From the NCBI GenBank assembly GCA_031409275.1, contig JANNXA010000007.1:68770-132769 (forward strand): DNA of 64,000 nt, read 5' to 3'. Position 1 is the stretch's first letter, and the number at the start of each line of letters is the position of its first letter. A model generated the notes under the pieces. The model searched no databases. It saw only the letters and a list, made by a program, of their open reading frames with translations, and was not told the origin of the DNA. This stretch comes from Planctomycetota bacterium. Its GTDB lineage: Bacteria > Planctomycetota > B15-G4 > SIAN01. The position numbers and the translations under genes were made by a program. This document shows positions 45,737 through 58,608 of this stretch, in pieces.

Positions 45737-46870
45737 CTGCCTCGAGACCGTTCAGCTTTTGGCGCGTTTGCCATTCCATTGCTGCTCGCGATGGTGGGGG
45801 CGAAGGAAGCTTTCGGTCAGGGCTGAGTCGCCGCGCGTTCCAGTGCGCCCGTGGTTGGCGCACAAGGCAGCCCCTACCTCGCTCCCGATCAGTGGCAGTT
45901 CAACTTCGGCTATCGCTACCAGTTCTCGGACCGCCACTTCACCGGCACGAGCGAGGACGATGACCGTCAGAGCGGTGAGGCCCAGGTCAAGAACACCGTC
46001 CATCTGTTCGACTTCGGCTTCACGCGTGGTTGGAGCAAGCAGACGAGCATCTCGTTCTCGCTGCCGTTCCTCATCGCGAAGCGGTCGATCCCTGGCGTCA
46101 TTCGAAACACCTCCGGCGACATCGTCCGCGTGCCGAATGGCGAGAACCAGACTGGATCCCAGGGCATCGGCGACGTGAGCATCGTCGCCCGCCACTGGCT
46201 CCTCGACGTCGACGACCATCTCGATCAGAACATCTCGCTTGGCTTCGGCATCAAGTTGCCGACTGGCGATCCTGGGACCGAGGACTCGGTGGCGGTACGC
46301 GACAGCAAGGGCACCACCGACGACCCTTCCGATGACACGTTCACCAACGTGGTTCGCACGAACGATCAGTCGATCCAGCCGGGAGACGGCGGATTCGGAT
46401 TCATCCTCGACATGATGGCGTTCAAGCGGCTCGGCCTGTTCACTCCGTACGTGAGCGCCAGCTACCTCTTCAATCCGCAGGAGAAGAACGGCGTCGAGAC
46501 CTACCGCACGCTGAAGGGCGAGGAGATCATGTCGATCGCCGATCAGTACATCGCGCGGCTCGGAACCATGATCAACATCCCGGCCTGGGAGGGCGTGTCC
46601 GCCGGCATCGGCGGTCGTATCGAAGGCGTCCCGGTTCGCGACGCGATCGGCCAGGATGCAGGCTTCCGTCGGCCGGGCTACGCGCTGTCGATCGAGCCAC
46701 AACTGGTCTTCGCGCACGAGAAGGATGTCTTCTCAATCGCGATCCCGGTCGCGGTGCTTCGCGCGCGACACCGCAGCGTTGCCGATCAGGCGAGCGGCAT
46801 TCCGGGCCAACATGGCGACGCGGCGTTCGCCGACTGGGTTCTGCTGTTCAACTGGTCGCGCCGGTTCTGA
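45737..46870 (+). CDS. outer-membrane beta-barrel-like protein, probable selenoprotein (mature N-terminus QG-U-VAAR)
   Basis: ORF 45851..46870 extends upstream through TGA 45824-26 into a signal peptide (RDRSAFGAFAIPLLLAMVGAKEAFG); GIGDV and GIKLPTG motifs; C-terminal Phe; start uncertain (CTG 45737, or ATG 45733 with a 1-nt shift). Confidence 0.72.
45843..45863 (+). promoter_or_regulatory. putative SECIS hairpin GTGCGCC-CGTGGTT-GGCGCAC
   Basis: Perfect 7-bp stem starting 16 nt after the in-frame TGA; G-containing loop. Confidence 0.55.
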
Positions 46871-46900
46871 TCGGATCGGGTAACGAAAGACAGTGACCAC

Positions 46901-46946
46901 GCACGGCTCGGGCGCTTCGAACGGAAGCGCCCGAGCCGTGCCCTTT
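46901..46946 (+). terminator. 18-bp perfect hairpin downstream of the beta-barrel gene
   Basis: GCACGGCTCGGGCGCTTC-GAACG-GAAGCGCCCGAGCCGTGC then CCTTT. Confidence 0.65.
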
Positions 46947-47204
46947 CATGGCTCGTAATGCAGCCGAGTGGGGCGGTGATCGCGAGCCGGTTGCACGGAG
47001 AGCGCCGGCGCCGATGAATGATCGGTTCTGCGTTCGCAGCCGCTTCCGCGGTTCAATTTCGATGCTGGCTTGTGGTTGCTGGTGCGGAAGATCGTCGGAG
47101 CGGGGGCGAGTCGACCGCTTCGGCCGATTGCTCGCACCCGATGCGCTCGGTTCGCGCCGAGCCGCGGCGCGTACCATGCCACACCGCGAAATGGAGCGCT
47201 CGTG

Positions 47205-50200
47205 ATGTACCTCGGGCAGATCTGGATCGCGTCGCGCTTGCTCATCGCTGCCGGCGTCCCCGGCGAGGCACCGAAGCTCGAAGTCGGCAAGCCGATCAAG
47301 GGAGAGATCGGCGCCGACGCGCCGGTCGTCACGACGCCTGCGCTCGCGGCCAACTACACCGATGGGCCGACGCGCGCGAGCGCTTTTCGGCTCGTCTTGC
47401 CGAAGGGCGAGGCGGGACCGCTGACCCTCGATCTCGTCTCGCATCTCTTCGACGCCTACCTCGTCGTGCGCGCCGCGGATGGGACGTCACTCGCCGAGAA
47501 CGACGACGGCTGGCTGCGAACCCACGCGCAGCTCGTCCTCGACGCGACGCTGCTGGCGAAAGGCCCGCTCACCGTCGAAGCCGCGGCGCTCCACGGCGAG
47601 ACGGGGCCGTTCGAGCTCTCGCTGGTGCGTGGTGCCAGAGCGAAACCGGACGACGCGACGCTCACGCAGCTCGTACTCGAGGATCTGCGTGGGGAGGCGC
47701 GGGCCGTCGAGGCGGCGCGCGGACCCGATTCTCCGCGACTCGCGCAGGTGCTCCTCGACCTTGGGCGCGCGCTCGTCCGCGCCGGCGCTTTGGACGAGGC
47801 CGTGGCCGTGTTCGAACGAAGCCTCGACCTCAGCCGCCGCGTCTTCGGGGAGCATCATCGTGAAGCCGGCGTGCGTCGGAACGAGATCGGCGCGGCACTC
47901 GTTCACAGTGACCGCCTCGACGACGCGGTCATGCACTTCACCGAAGCGCTCGCCTGCTTCGACGTCGACGACCTCGCCGAATCGGAGAACGTCGAGCAGA
48001 TCCGCCTCGGGCTCGCGGTCGCGCAAGGCAGGCTCGGCCGTGACGGCGACGCGCTGCCGCAGTTCGAGGCGATCCTCGCGTCGATCGAGCGGCGAGCTGG
48101 TCCAGACGATCCGGCGCTGGTCGAGCCGCTGATTCGCGTCGCTCTCACGCGTCTCGCACTCGGGCTCCCGGGCGTCGATGCGCTGCGCGACCGCGCGCTG
48201 GCGATCTTCCGCGCAGCGAACGAGCCGATCGATGCGAATCGCTGCTACCTACTGAACAATCTGGCGACCCTCTGCACGCAATTGGGCGATCACGCGCGCG
48301 CACGGGACCTGAGCGAAGAGACATGGCACGCGGCGGCCCATGTTTTCGGCGAAACGCATCCGAATACGCTGGCACAGCTTCGGTACCTGGCGCAGGAACT
48401 GGTGCACCTTGGTCGCCATGACGAGGCGCGCGAACTCGCCGAACAGGGGCTCGCGATCAGCGAGCGCGCCTTCGGACCCGACAGCCTCGAGGTCGCAATG
48501 GCGCTCGACAACGTCGGCTTCTGCGCCCACCAAGATGGTGACACGCTCGCCGCGCACCGCTGCTTCGTCCGATCGCTCGCCCTCGAGGAGAGGCTCCTGG
48601 GATTCGACCACCCGACCACCTTGTTGACGGCGCGCAATCTCACGTTCCAGCTCAAGTTGCTCGGTGAGGTTGCGGCCGCGATCGAACTTTCCGAGCGGAC
48701 GATCGCCGCGAAGGTGGCGCGTTTCGGCGCTGAATCGGACGCGGTGGTCGACGCGCTCGGCAGCTTCGCGTACTTGCTACGGGACGCGGGGCTGCCAGGT
48801 CGGAGCGTCGAGGTCCGCGAACGGGTGCTCGCGACCCTGGAGCAGCGGCTGGGTCCTGACGATCCACGCACGCTCGACGCGCTCGACTTGCTGGGCATCA
48901 GCTGCGGAACGATGGGGGACTGGCCTCGAGTCGCTTCGATCGGTGCGGAGCTCTTGCGCCGTGCCGAGCGATCGAGCGGTCGCGGGTCGATCGACTACGC
49001 CCGCGGGCTGTTGCGATCGGCGCAGGTCGCGCGAGCGGGCGGGGATCCGCAGCGTGCGAAGGCGCTGATCGAGGAAGCGATCGAGGTCGAAGAGAAGCAC
49101 CCGATCACGAGCGACCTCGAGCTGGACGCATCGCTGTGGCTCCTCGGCAACGTCCTCAGCGACGACCTCGACGATCCGCGCGCGGCGGCCGACGTGTTGG
49201 AGCGCCGAATTCCGCTCGCGGAACGGGTCTACGGCAATCTTGATGGCGTGAGCACGAAAGCGCGCGCCCTGTTCGGCAGCACGCTCGCGTTGGGCGGGCA
49301 GTACGAGCGGGCCGAACCGGTCCTCGTGGCCGCGTTGCAGTTCGCGACGCAGCTCCAAGGACAGGACAGCCCGCTCGTCGCCGAGATCCGCGACCACCTC
49401 GGTCACACGCTGGACGGGCTAGGCAAACGGCGCGAGGCGCTCGAGCAATGGCTGGCCGCGATGGATTCGGGCGAGCGCCAGCTGCAGGCGAGCTTGCGCA
49501 GCGCGAACGCCGAGGAGCGGCTCGACCTCGTCCGCAGTCAGCGCCATCAACTGAATCACGTGCTCAGCGCGGCCGCGACCGGCGAGACAGCGATCGAGCC
49601 GGCGGCGCTTCACGAACGCATCTTGGTGTGGAAAGGGCAGGTCGCACGGAGTCTTGCGGCCACTCGCGAGCAGCTTTTCGACGCGCCAGGAGCGGGCGGG
49701 TCGGGTTCGGCGGCAACGACGGCAACGGCGGCGATCACGGCGCTCTTCGACGCGCAGCGGCGCCTCTCGCGCCTTGCCTTCTCCGATCCGGCCGACGTGA
49801 AGGACCTCGCCGATTCGCTGGCGCAGGTGCGCGCCGAGGTCGGTCAGCTCGAGCTCGAGGTCGGGAAGCTCGCGCCGGCGAAGGTGGCGGCGATGGCGTC
49901 GCTCGCGGAGGTGCGCGCGGCCCTTCCAGCGGATGCGGCCGCCATCGATTTCGTCGTCTACAACCGCTACGTGCGGGGAGCGACGGCGGAGAACGGCAAG
50001 TGGGTGCAATCCCATTGGGGCGAGGCGCGGCTCGCGGCGTTGGTCATGACCGCGGATCGGCACGAGTCGCGACTCGTCGACGTCGGCGACTGCGATGCGC
50101 TCGACGCCGCCGTCACGGCGTTCCTCGAGCAGATCGAGTCGAGCCGCGGTGCAGCGCCGGCTGCGGTGGCGAGCGGCGCCGGCGACGCCGGCCGACTGCT

Positions 50201-51221
50201 GTCGGAGCGGCTGTGGGCACCGCTCGCACCGCTGCTCGCTGGCGCGAAGCTCGTCGTGATCTCGCCTGATGCCTTCCTCGGCAAGCTGCCGTTCCAGCTG
50301 ATCCCCGACACCGAGGGCAAGCCGCTGATCGAGACGCTCGCCATCGTCTGCGTGCAGGATCTCTCGGCGTTGCCGAAGCTCGTCCTCCCGCGTGAGGCTG
50401 CGTCCGCGACGGCATCGCTGCTGGTCGCGGGTGGCGTCGACTACGACGCGCAAGACACGGCCGCGGGAGCTCCCGTGGCCGCCGGCGGCGGCACCCGCAG
50501 CGCCTCGACCCGCGCCTTCACGAGCTTCTGGGAGCCGCTGCGTGCGACGTCCGCTGAAGCGTCGGCGGTCGCGCGGCTCCACAAGCTTGCATTCGCGGGC
50601 ACGGCAACGCAGGTCGAACTCACCGGCGCGCTCGCCAGCGAAGAGCGCGTGAAGGAGGAGCTGCCGCGCGCGCGCTTCGTCCATCTCGCGACCCACGGCT
50701 TCTTCGAGCCGGAAGGGACCCCGTCGATGCTCGCGACGGTGCGCACGCCCGAAGTCGGCAGCAAGGACGCGCCCGTCGCTGCCCCGCGCCTTCTTCCCGG
50801 CTTCCTGTCGGGGATCGTCTGCGCCGGCGCGAACGTCAAGTCGCCGACCCATCAGGTGCGGGACGACGGCTATCTGAGCGCCGAGGAGCTCTCGTGGTTC
50901 GACTTGCGCGGGGTCGAGCTCGTCGTGCTGTCGGCGTGCGAGACGGGGCTTGGTCGACCCGAGCCAGCCGAAGGGTTGCTCGGGCTGCGTCGGACGTTGC
51001 GCGATGCTGGCGTGAGGACGGTGATCAGTTCGCTGTGGAAGGTCGATGACGAGGCGACCTGCGAGCTGATGAAGCGCTTCTACGTCAACCTCTGGCAGAA
51101 GAAGCAGGGCAAGCTCGAGGCGCTGCGCGGCGCGCAGCTCTCGATGCTGCACGATGGCAACGCGAAGTGGCGCCGGCCCGCGGCGTGGGCGGCGTTCGTG
51201 CTCGACGGAGCGTGGAACTGA
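47205..51221 (+). CDS. TPR-repeat CHAT (caspase-like) domain protein with N-terminal PPC-like domain
   Basis: FDAYLVV...ENDDG; many G.DHP-type TPRs; ISPD..L..LPF, HLATHG, LSACETG, SLWKVDD, EALR.AQ, WAAF. Confidence 0.9.
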   Translation: MYLGQIWIASRLLIAAGVPGEAPKLEVGKPIKGEIGADAPVVTTPALAANYTDGPTRASAFRLVLPKGEAGPLTLDLVSHLFDAYLVVRAADGTSLAENDDGWLRTHAQLVLDATLLAKGPLTVEAAALHGETGPFELSLVRGARAKPDDATLTQLVLEDLRGEARAVEAARGPDSPRLAQVLLDLGRALVRAGALDEAVAVFERSLDLSRRVFGEHHREAGVRRNEIGAALVHSDRLDDAVMHFTEALACFDVDDLAESENVEQIRLGLAVAQGRLGRDGDALPQFEAILASIERRAGPDDPALVEPLIRVALTRLALGLPGVDALRDRALAIFRAANEPIDANRCYLLNNLATLCTQLGDHARARDLSEETWHAAAHVFGETHPNTLAQLRYLAQELVHLGRHDEARELAEQGLAISERAFGPDSLEVAMALDNVGFCAHQDGDTLAAHRCFVRSLALEERLLGFDHPTTLLTARNLTFQLKLLGEVAAAIELSERTIAAKVARFGAESDAVVDALGSFAYLLRDAGLPGRSVEVRERVLATLEQRLGPDDPRTLDALDLLGISCGTMGDWPRVASIGAELLRRAERSSGRGSIDYARGLLRSAQVARAGGDPQRAKALIEEAIEVEEKHPITSDLELDASLWLLGNVLSDDLDDPRAAADVLERRIPLAERVYGNLDGVSTKARALFGSTLALGGQYERAEPVLVAALQFATQLQGQDSPLVAEIRDHLGHTLDGLGKRREALEQWLAAMDSGERQLQASLRSANAEERLDLVRSQRHQLNHVLSAAATGETAIEPAALHERILVWKGQVARSLAATREQLFDAPGAGGSGSAATTATAAITALFDAQRRLSRLAFSDPADVKDLADSLAQVRAEVGQLELEVGKLAPAKVAAMASLAEVRAALPADAAAIDFVVYNRYVRGATAENGKWVQSHWGEARLAALVMTADRHESRLVDVGDCDALDAAVTAFLEQIESSRGAAPAAVASGAGDAGRLLSERLWAPLAPLLAGAKLVVISPDAFLGKLPFQLIPDTEGKPLIETLAIVCVQDLSALPKLVLPREAASATASLLVAGGVDYDAQDTAAGAPVAAGGGTRSASTRAFTSFWEPLRATSAEASAVARLHKLAFAGTATQVELTGALASEERVKEELPRARFVHLATHGFFEPEGTPSMLATVRTPEVGSKDAPVAAPRLLPGFLSGIVCAGANVKSPTHQVRDDGYLSAEELSWFDLRGVELVVLSACETGLGRPEPAEGLLGLRRTLRDAGVRTVISSLWKVDDEATCELMKRFYVNLWQKKQGKLEALRGAQLSMLHDGNAKWRRPAAWAAFVLDGAWN

Positions 51222-51303
51222 GAGCGCCGTCCCCGCCGCATTCCTTCGGTTGCACGATCGCCGTCGATGGGCCGAGTTCGGACGGTTAACAGACAACATC
51301 AAG

Positions 51304-51334
51304 TTCTTGACATCGTCCAGAAGATGGCTCGACT
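51304..51334 (+). promoter_or_regulatory. candidate sigma70 promoter (-35 TTGACA 51307-12) overlapped by an imperfect palindrome, a likely Fur-family operator
   Basis: TTCTTGACATCGTCCAGAA directly upstream of fur; possible -10 TCGACT at 51329-34. Confidence 0.55.
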
Positions 51335-51344
51335 GGCGGCCCGA

Positions 51345-54234
<2,890 letters not shown>

Positions 54235-54257
54235 TCGGATCGGAAGCTGGTTCAACG

Positions 54258-54298
54258 AGCCGCTCGGGTGGCGAACGCGCCGCCCGAGCGGCTTCTTC
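54258..54298. terminator. hairpin between convergent katG and dehydrogenase genes
   Basis: 16-bp stem 54258-73/54278-93 with one G-U, then TCTTC. Confidence 0.6.
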
Positions 54299-54387
54299 GT
54301 GGCTGCTCGCGCCGTGGCCGAGGAGCTCGTCGAGCCGACTGGGGGATGGCTGGCGGCGGCGTCTGAGCTGGGCGCCAGCGCGCACCG

Positions 54388-55593
54388 CTACGACTTCGCC
54401 GCGGCGACGTGGATGCGCGCGAGCGTGCCGTCGAGCGCGATGACGTAGAGCTCGCCGTCGGCGTCTTCGGCGAAGCTCGCCACATTCTTCGGCTGTTCGA
54501 GCAGCGTGCGCTGCACGACGAGCGCTCCGTTCTCGTAGGAGAGGCCGAAGATCGTGCCGAGCGTGAAATCGGCGTAGAGGTAGACGCCGTAGAGGTCGGG
54601 CTCGGCGCGCCCGCGATAGACGTAGCCGCCGGTGATGCTGGTGCCGATGCCGTGGTCGGGGGTCTTCGCCTGCCTGGCGAGCGCGGGGCTGTGCGCGTAC
54701 TCGACGATCGGATCGAGCAGGTCGGTGGCGCCCGCCTTCGCCTTGAACGGGTGGAATCCCTCCGTCACGTTCCAGCCGTAGTTGCCGCCCTTGACGACGA
54801 GGTCGACCTCTTCGAAGCGATCCTGTCCGACGTCGCCGGCCCAGAGTTCGCCGGTTTCGCGATCGAAGCTCATGCGCCAGACGTTGCGCAGGCCGTACGC
54901 GAAGATCTCGCGGCGCACGTCGCGACCGCGTTTCGCGAAGGGGTTGTCGGCGGGGATCGCGTACGGCACGGCGCCGGCCGCGGCGTCGCGGCGATCGACG
55001 TCGATGCGATGGATCTTGCCCAGCATCGTCGCGAGGTTCTGGCCGTTGTCGTGCGGATCGCCGCCGGCTCCGCCGTCGCCGCAGGTGAAGTAGAGGAAGC
55101 CGTCGGGGCCGAAGCCAAGGAAGCCGCCGTCGTGGTTCCAGTAGGGCCGCGGAATCGTCAGCAGGATCTGCTCGCTGTCAAGGTCGCCACGATCAGCGTC
55201 GGTCGCGGAGATGCGAAGCTCGCTGATCACGGTGCGCTTGGGATCCTGCTGCGAATAGAAGACGAAGAAGCGGCCGTTCTCCTTGAACTTCGGATGACAG
55301 GCAAACCCGAGCAACCCCTCCTCGTTCTCGACGTAGGGGCGTCGCGCCGAGACGTCGAGGAAGAGCCTGGCGTCCTTGCCATCGCTGCCCTTCTTCGCGA
55401 CGAAGATGCGCCCGCCCTGCTCGACGATGAAGAGTCGGCCACTCCCGTCAGGCGCCTCCTCCATCCAGATCGGCCGCACGAGCTTCAGCTCCGGCAGGAT
55501 TCGGCGCAGCTCGATCTTCGGCAGCGTCTGGGCGGTGGCGGAGCCGCCCGCGAGCGAGGCCGCGAGCGCGAGGCAAGCGATGCGGACGTTCAT
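54388..55593 (-). CDS. exported PQQ-dependent glucose/sorbosone dehydrogenase family protein
   Basis: Signal peptide; [61 protein letters not shown]. Confidence 0.9.
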   Translation of the reverse strand: MNVRIACLALAASLAGGSATAQTLPKIELRRILPELKLVRPIWMEEAPDGSGRLFIVEQGGRIFVAKKGSDGKDARLFLDVSARRPYVENEEGLLGFACHPKFKENGRFFVFYSQQDPKRTVISELRISATDADRGDLDSEQILLTIPRPYWNHDGGFLGFGPDGFLYFTCGDGGAGGDPHDNGQNLATMLGKIHRIDVDRRDAAAGAVPYAIPADNPFAKRGRDVRREIFAYGLRNVWRMSFDRETGELWAGDVGQDRFEEVDLVVKGGNYGWNVTEGFHPFKAKAGATDLLDPIVEYAHSPALARQAKTPDHGIGTSITGGYVYRGRAEPDLYGVYLYADFTLGTIFGLSYENGALVVQRTLLEQPKNVASFAEDADGELYVIALDGTLARIHVAAAKS

Positions 55594-55743
55594 GCGGATC
55601 GGGCCTCGAGTGGGGGCGGCGCAGGAGCGACGGGAGGATAACGGCGCCACGCGATCGCGTCCTCCTCGTGCCAGCGGGACGCCGCGCCCGACCCGTTGAT
55701 TCCACGCTGAAATCGGCCACCATGCGGCGATTCGGAGATACCC

Positions 55744-56523
55744 ATGGCCGCCAAGAAAACCGTCGCTTCGAAGAAGGCCGCGCCTGCCCGCCTGACGCTC
55801 GCCGAGACGATGGCGCTGCTCGAGAAGGCCGGGTCGGAGCAGACGAAGAAGACCTACCTTCGTCACGGTGTGACGGGGCCGCTCTTCGGCGTCAAGTTCG
55901 CGACCTTGAAGGAACTCCTGAAGCGCATCCGGCTCGATCACGAGCTCGCTCTCGCGCTCTGGGAGACCGGCAACTTCGACGCGCGCAATCTTGCGGTGAA
56001 GATCGCGGACCCCGCGAAGATGACGCCGGCCGCGCTCGACCGGTGGGCGCGCGGCGAGAACGCGATGATGTGCGGCAGCTACGTTGCGGCGCTCGCGAGC
56101 GAGGGACCGCACGGCATGTCGAGAGCAAAGGCGTGGCTCGCGTCGAAGGATGTCGTGGAGCGCGTGGCGGGCTGGATGCTCGTCGGGTCGCTTGCGATGT
56201 GCGATGAGGCGACGCCTGACGCCTGGTTCCTGGCGCGCGTCGGAGAGATCGCGAAGGCGATCCACGCCGCATCGAACGCGGAGCGGTCCGTGATGAACCG
56301 GACGCTCATCTCGCTCGGCGGCCGGAACGAGGCGATGCGCAAGGCGGCGACGGCCGCCGCGAAGAAGATCGGCCCCGTCGAGGTGGATCACGGCGATACG
56401 GCGTGCGAGACGCCCGACGCCGCAGCGTCGATCGAGAAGGCGTGGAGCCGCTCGACGTCGATGGGCTTCGACAGTCCGGCGGCCCATGAACGTTCCCGCG
56501 AATCGATGCGGCTTCGCTGCTGA
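55744..56523 (+). CDS. DNA alkylation repair protein (AlkD-like)
   Basis: [43 protein letters not shown]. Confidence 0.85.
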   Translation: MAAKKTVASKKAAPARLTLAETMALLEKAGSEQTKKTYLRHGVTGPLFGVKFATLKELLKRIRLDHELALALWETGNFDARNLAVKIADPAKMTPAALDRWARGENAMMCGSYVAALASEGPHGMSRAKAWLASKDVVERVAGWMLVGSLAMCDEATPDAWFLARVGEIAKAIHAASNAERSVMNRTLISLGGRNEAMRKAATAAAKKIGPVEVDHGDTACETPDAAASIEKAWSRSTSMGFDSPAAHERSRESMRLRC

Positions 56524-56550
56524 TCGCGACTCGCGAATCGAGCCGCAGCG

Positions 56551-58230
56551 CTACTTCGCCGCCAAGTAGCGCTCGGCGAGCGCTTCGCCGAGCGCGACGA
56601 CGCCGACCGTGGTGAGCACCAGCTTCTCCTGCCCTGGAAGATCGAACAGCTTGAGGTGGATCAGGTTCGGGTCCGCCGCCGCGAGCTTCACGAGATCCCC
56701 CGTGACGTCGATGCCGTTGACGCTCGCGTCGTCCGTCGGGGGCTGCTGGCTGACGAACCATCGCAGCGTCGGCAAGCCGAGCTCCTTTCGGCTCTGCGTG
56801 ACGAGCGCCGCGACGCGCGCCGCGGCCTGTTGCCGGTACGGCGGGAACGACATGTCGTTCTCGCCGAGGTGATAGAAGACGCCCGCGAGCTCGACCTCGT
56901 GGCCATGTTCGGCGAGTTCCTTCATCGACTCGCGGACGAACGCGATGAAGCGCGGGTAGATCGTGCGTGCCGTCGCCTCGCTGCCTTCCGGCGTCCAGTC
57001 GATGATCTGCGAACCGCTGTGGGTGAACTTGGCGATCGCCACGTTGGCAGGCTTCAAGCGCTTGAGTCGGGCGCCGAAGCTCAGCTCGGGTCCGAAGTTG
57101 TCGTAGCAGCCGGCGGGCCCGAGCGGCTCCCAGCCTTCGGAGACCTTGAAGCCGTCACCGAGGCTGTACTTGAAGGCGATGGTGGCGTCGTCCTTGCGCA
57201 GGGATGCCATTTTCGGCCCGTCGAGATCCTGGACGAAGGCTCGTTCGCCCTCCATGTTTCGATGGCCGGCGAGGATGAAGAGTTTGACGGCGGCGCCCTT
57301 CGGGTAAGGCCAACTCGGGAGCGGACGAGCGGCCCGCTTCTCCTTGCCGATGGCGCGCAGATAGGCGTGCGCGTAGTTCACGCCGTGTTCGAGCTGACCG
57401 AGCGTCCCGTAGTGATAGTGCAATCCCACGCCGCCGCCGATCTCGACGCCCACGTGTGAGGTCCGGACCCAATTCGCGAGCGGGTCGCCCTCCGTCACCT
57501 CGCGCTGGCCGCGGGTGATCGCGTCCATCTGCGGGCGCAGATCCATCCCCCAGATCGTCTTCGTGCAGAGTTCGCCGATGTAGAAGCGCAGGTCCGGCGT
57601 GCCGAGGTCGCGTCGCCAGCACGCGAGGAAGTTCTTCAGGTTCTTGCCGTACGCGGCCATGTAGCCCGCGTCGAACATGTCGTTCTCGCCCTGATGCCAC
57701 ATGAAGCCCTCGATCCGGTAGCGGATCTTGCGGCGATCGAGGTCGGCGAGGGCGGCACGAATCCAGCCGAGCGTGAGGGGGTACATCGCGAAGCCGGTCG
57801 GCGCATCGGGATTCCAGTCGCCGCCGAGATGGGTGCCGCCGGCAGCGCACTTGATGATGGCGATCGGGGCCTTGAGGCTCCGGCTGACTTCGCGTGCAAA
57901 GCTCAGCTCGGGTCCGACGACATCGTCGACCGGTTGCAGGTCGACCCAGCCCTCGGACTGCCGCTTCTCCTCGCGGCCGATGCAGTAGGAGAACCTCACC
58001 CCTTTCTGCGATTTCTCCAGCCCGACGAACGGAGGGAAGCGGGCGATGTCGGCCACTCGCGAGTCCGAGCCGACCATGTTCGACTGCCCGGCGAAGATGA
58101 AGACGCGCAGCGTCTTCTCATCCTCTTCTGCGCGCGCAGGTCCGGCACCGGCCGCAACGAGCAGCAGCGCCGCGAGCATGCGGGCGATGGGGGCAAGGTG
58201 CGCGAGCAGCCGAGGCGGTGGCGACGACAT
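56551..58230 (-). CDS. exported sialate O-acetylesterase (SASA/SGNH) protein with two domains
   Basis: FAGQSNM, GPELSF, WHQGEND; second copy LAGHRNM, GPELSF, YHLGEND. Confidence 0.85.
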   Translation of the reverse strand: MSSPPPRLLAHLAPIARMLAALLLVAAGAGPARAEEDEKTLRVFIFAGQSNMVGSDSRVADIARFPPFVGLEKSQKGVRFSYCIGREEKRQSEGWVDLQPVDDVVGPELSFAREVSRSLKAPIAIIKCAAGGTHLGGDWNPDAPTGFAMYPLTLGWIRAALADLDRRKIRYRIEGFMWHQGENDMFDAGYMAAYGKNLKNFLACWRRDLGTPDLRFYIGELCTKTIWGMDLRPQMDAITRGQREVTEGDPLANWVRTSHVGVEIGGGVGLHYHYGTLGQLEHGVNYAHAYLRAIGKEKRAARPLPSWPYPKGAAVKLFILAGHRNMEGERAFVQDLDGPKMASLRKDDATIAFKYSLGDGFKVSEGWEPLGPAGCYDNFGPELSFGARLKRLKPANVAIAKFTHSGSQIIDWTPEGSEATARTIYPRFIAFVRESMKELAEHGHEVELAGVFYHLGENDMSFPPYRQQAAARVAALVTQSRKELGLPTLRWFVSQQPPTDDASVNGIDVTGDLVKLAAADPNLIHLKLFDLPGQEKLVLTTVGVVALGEALAERYLAAK

Positions 58231-58608
58231 CCGATTTCGCTCCGAGTCGTGGTTCGTGTGGAAGCGCAGTGTCTACGCAGTCGTGGGCAAAGCGCAACGA
58301 CCGCTTGAACGCGAGTCGGAATCGGACACGATGCCGCGATCCGTCGGCGCCTTCGCCCGGCGGCGGTTCGCGAGCCGAGAGCTCCTGGAGTCGTCGCCAT
58401 CGAAAGCGATCGCTGCCCATCGTCTGCTGAGGCGCCAGGGCGTGGCAATCGGCCGCGCCACCGAAGATTCGCGATCGGGATTCTGCCTTGGATCGCGCTT
58501 TCGTTCGCGTGGCCCGCCTGCAGCGAACGGCGGCCAGCCCGTGTCGCGCCGCCGCCCATCGTCGCGGCGCTCGCCCAGCCCGGATGGACCTCGCTGACGC
58601 GCGGACTC

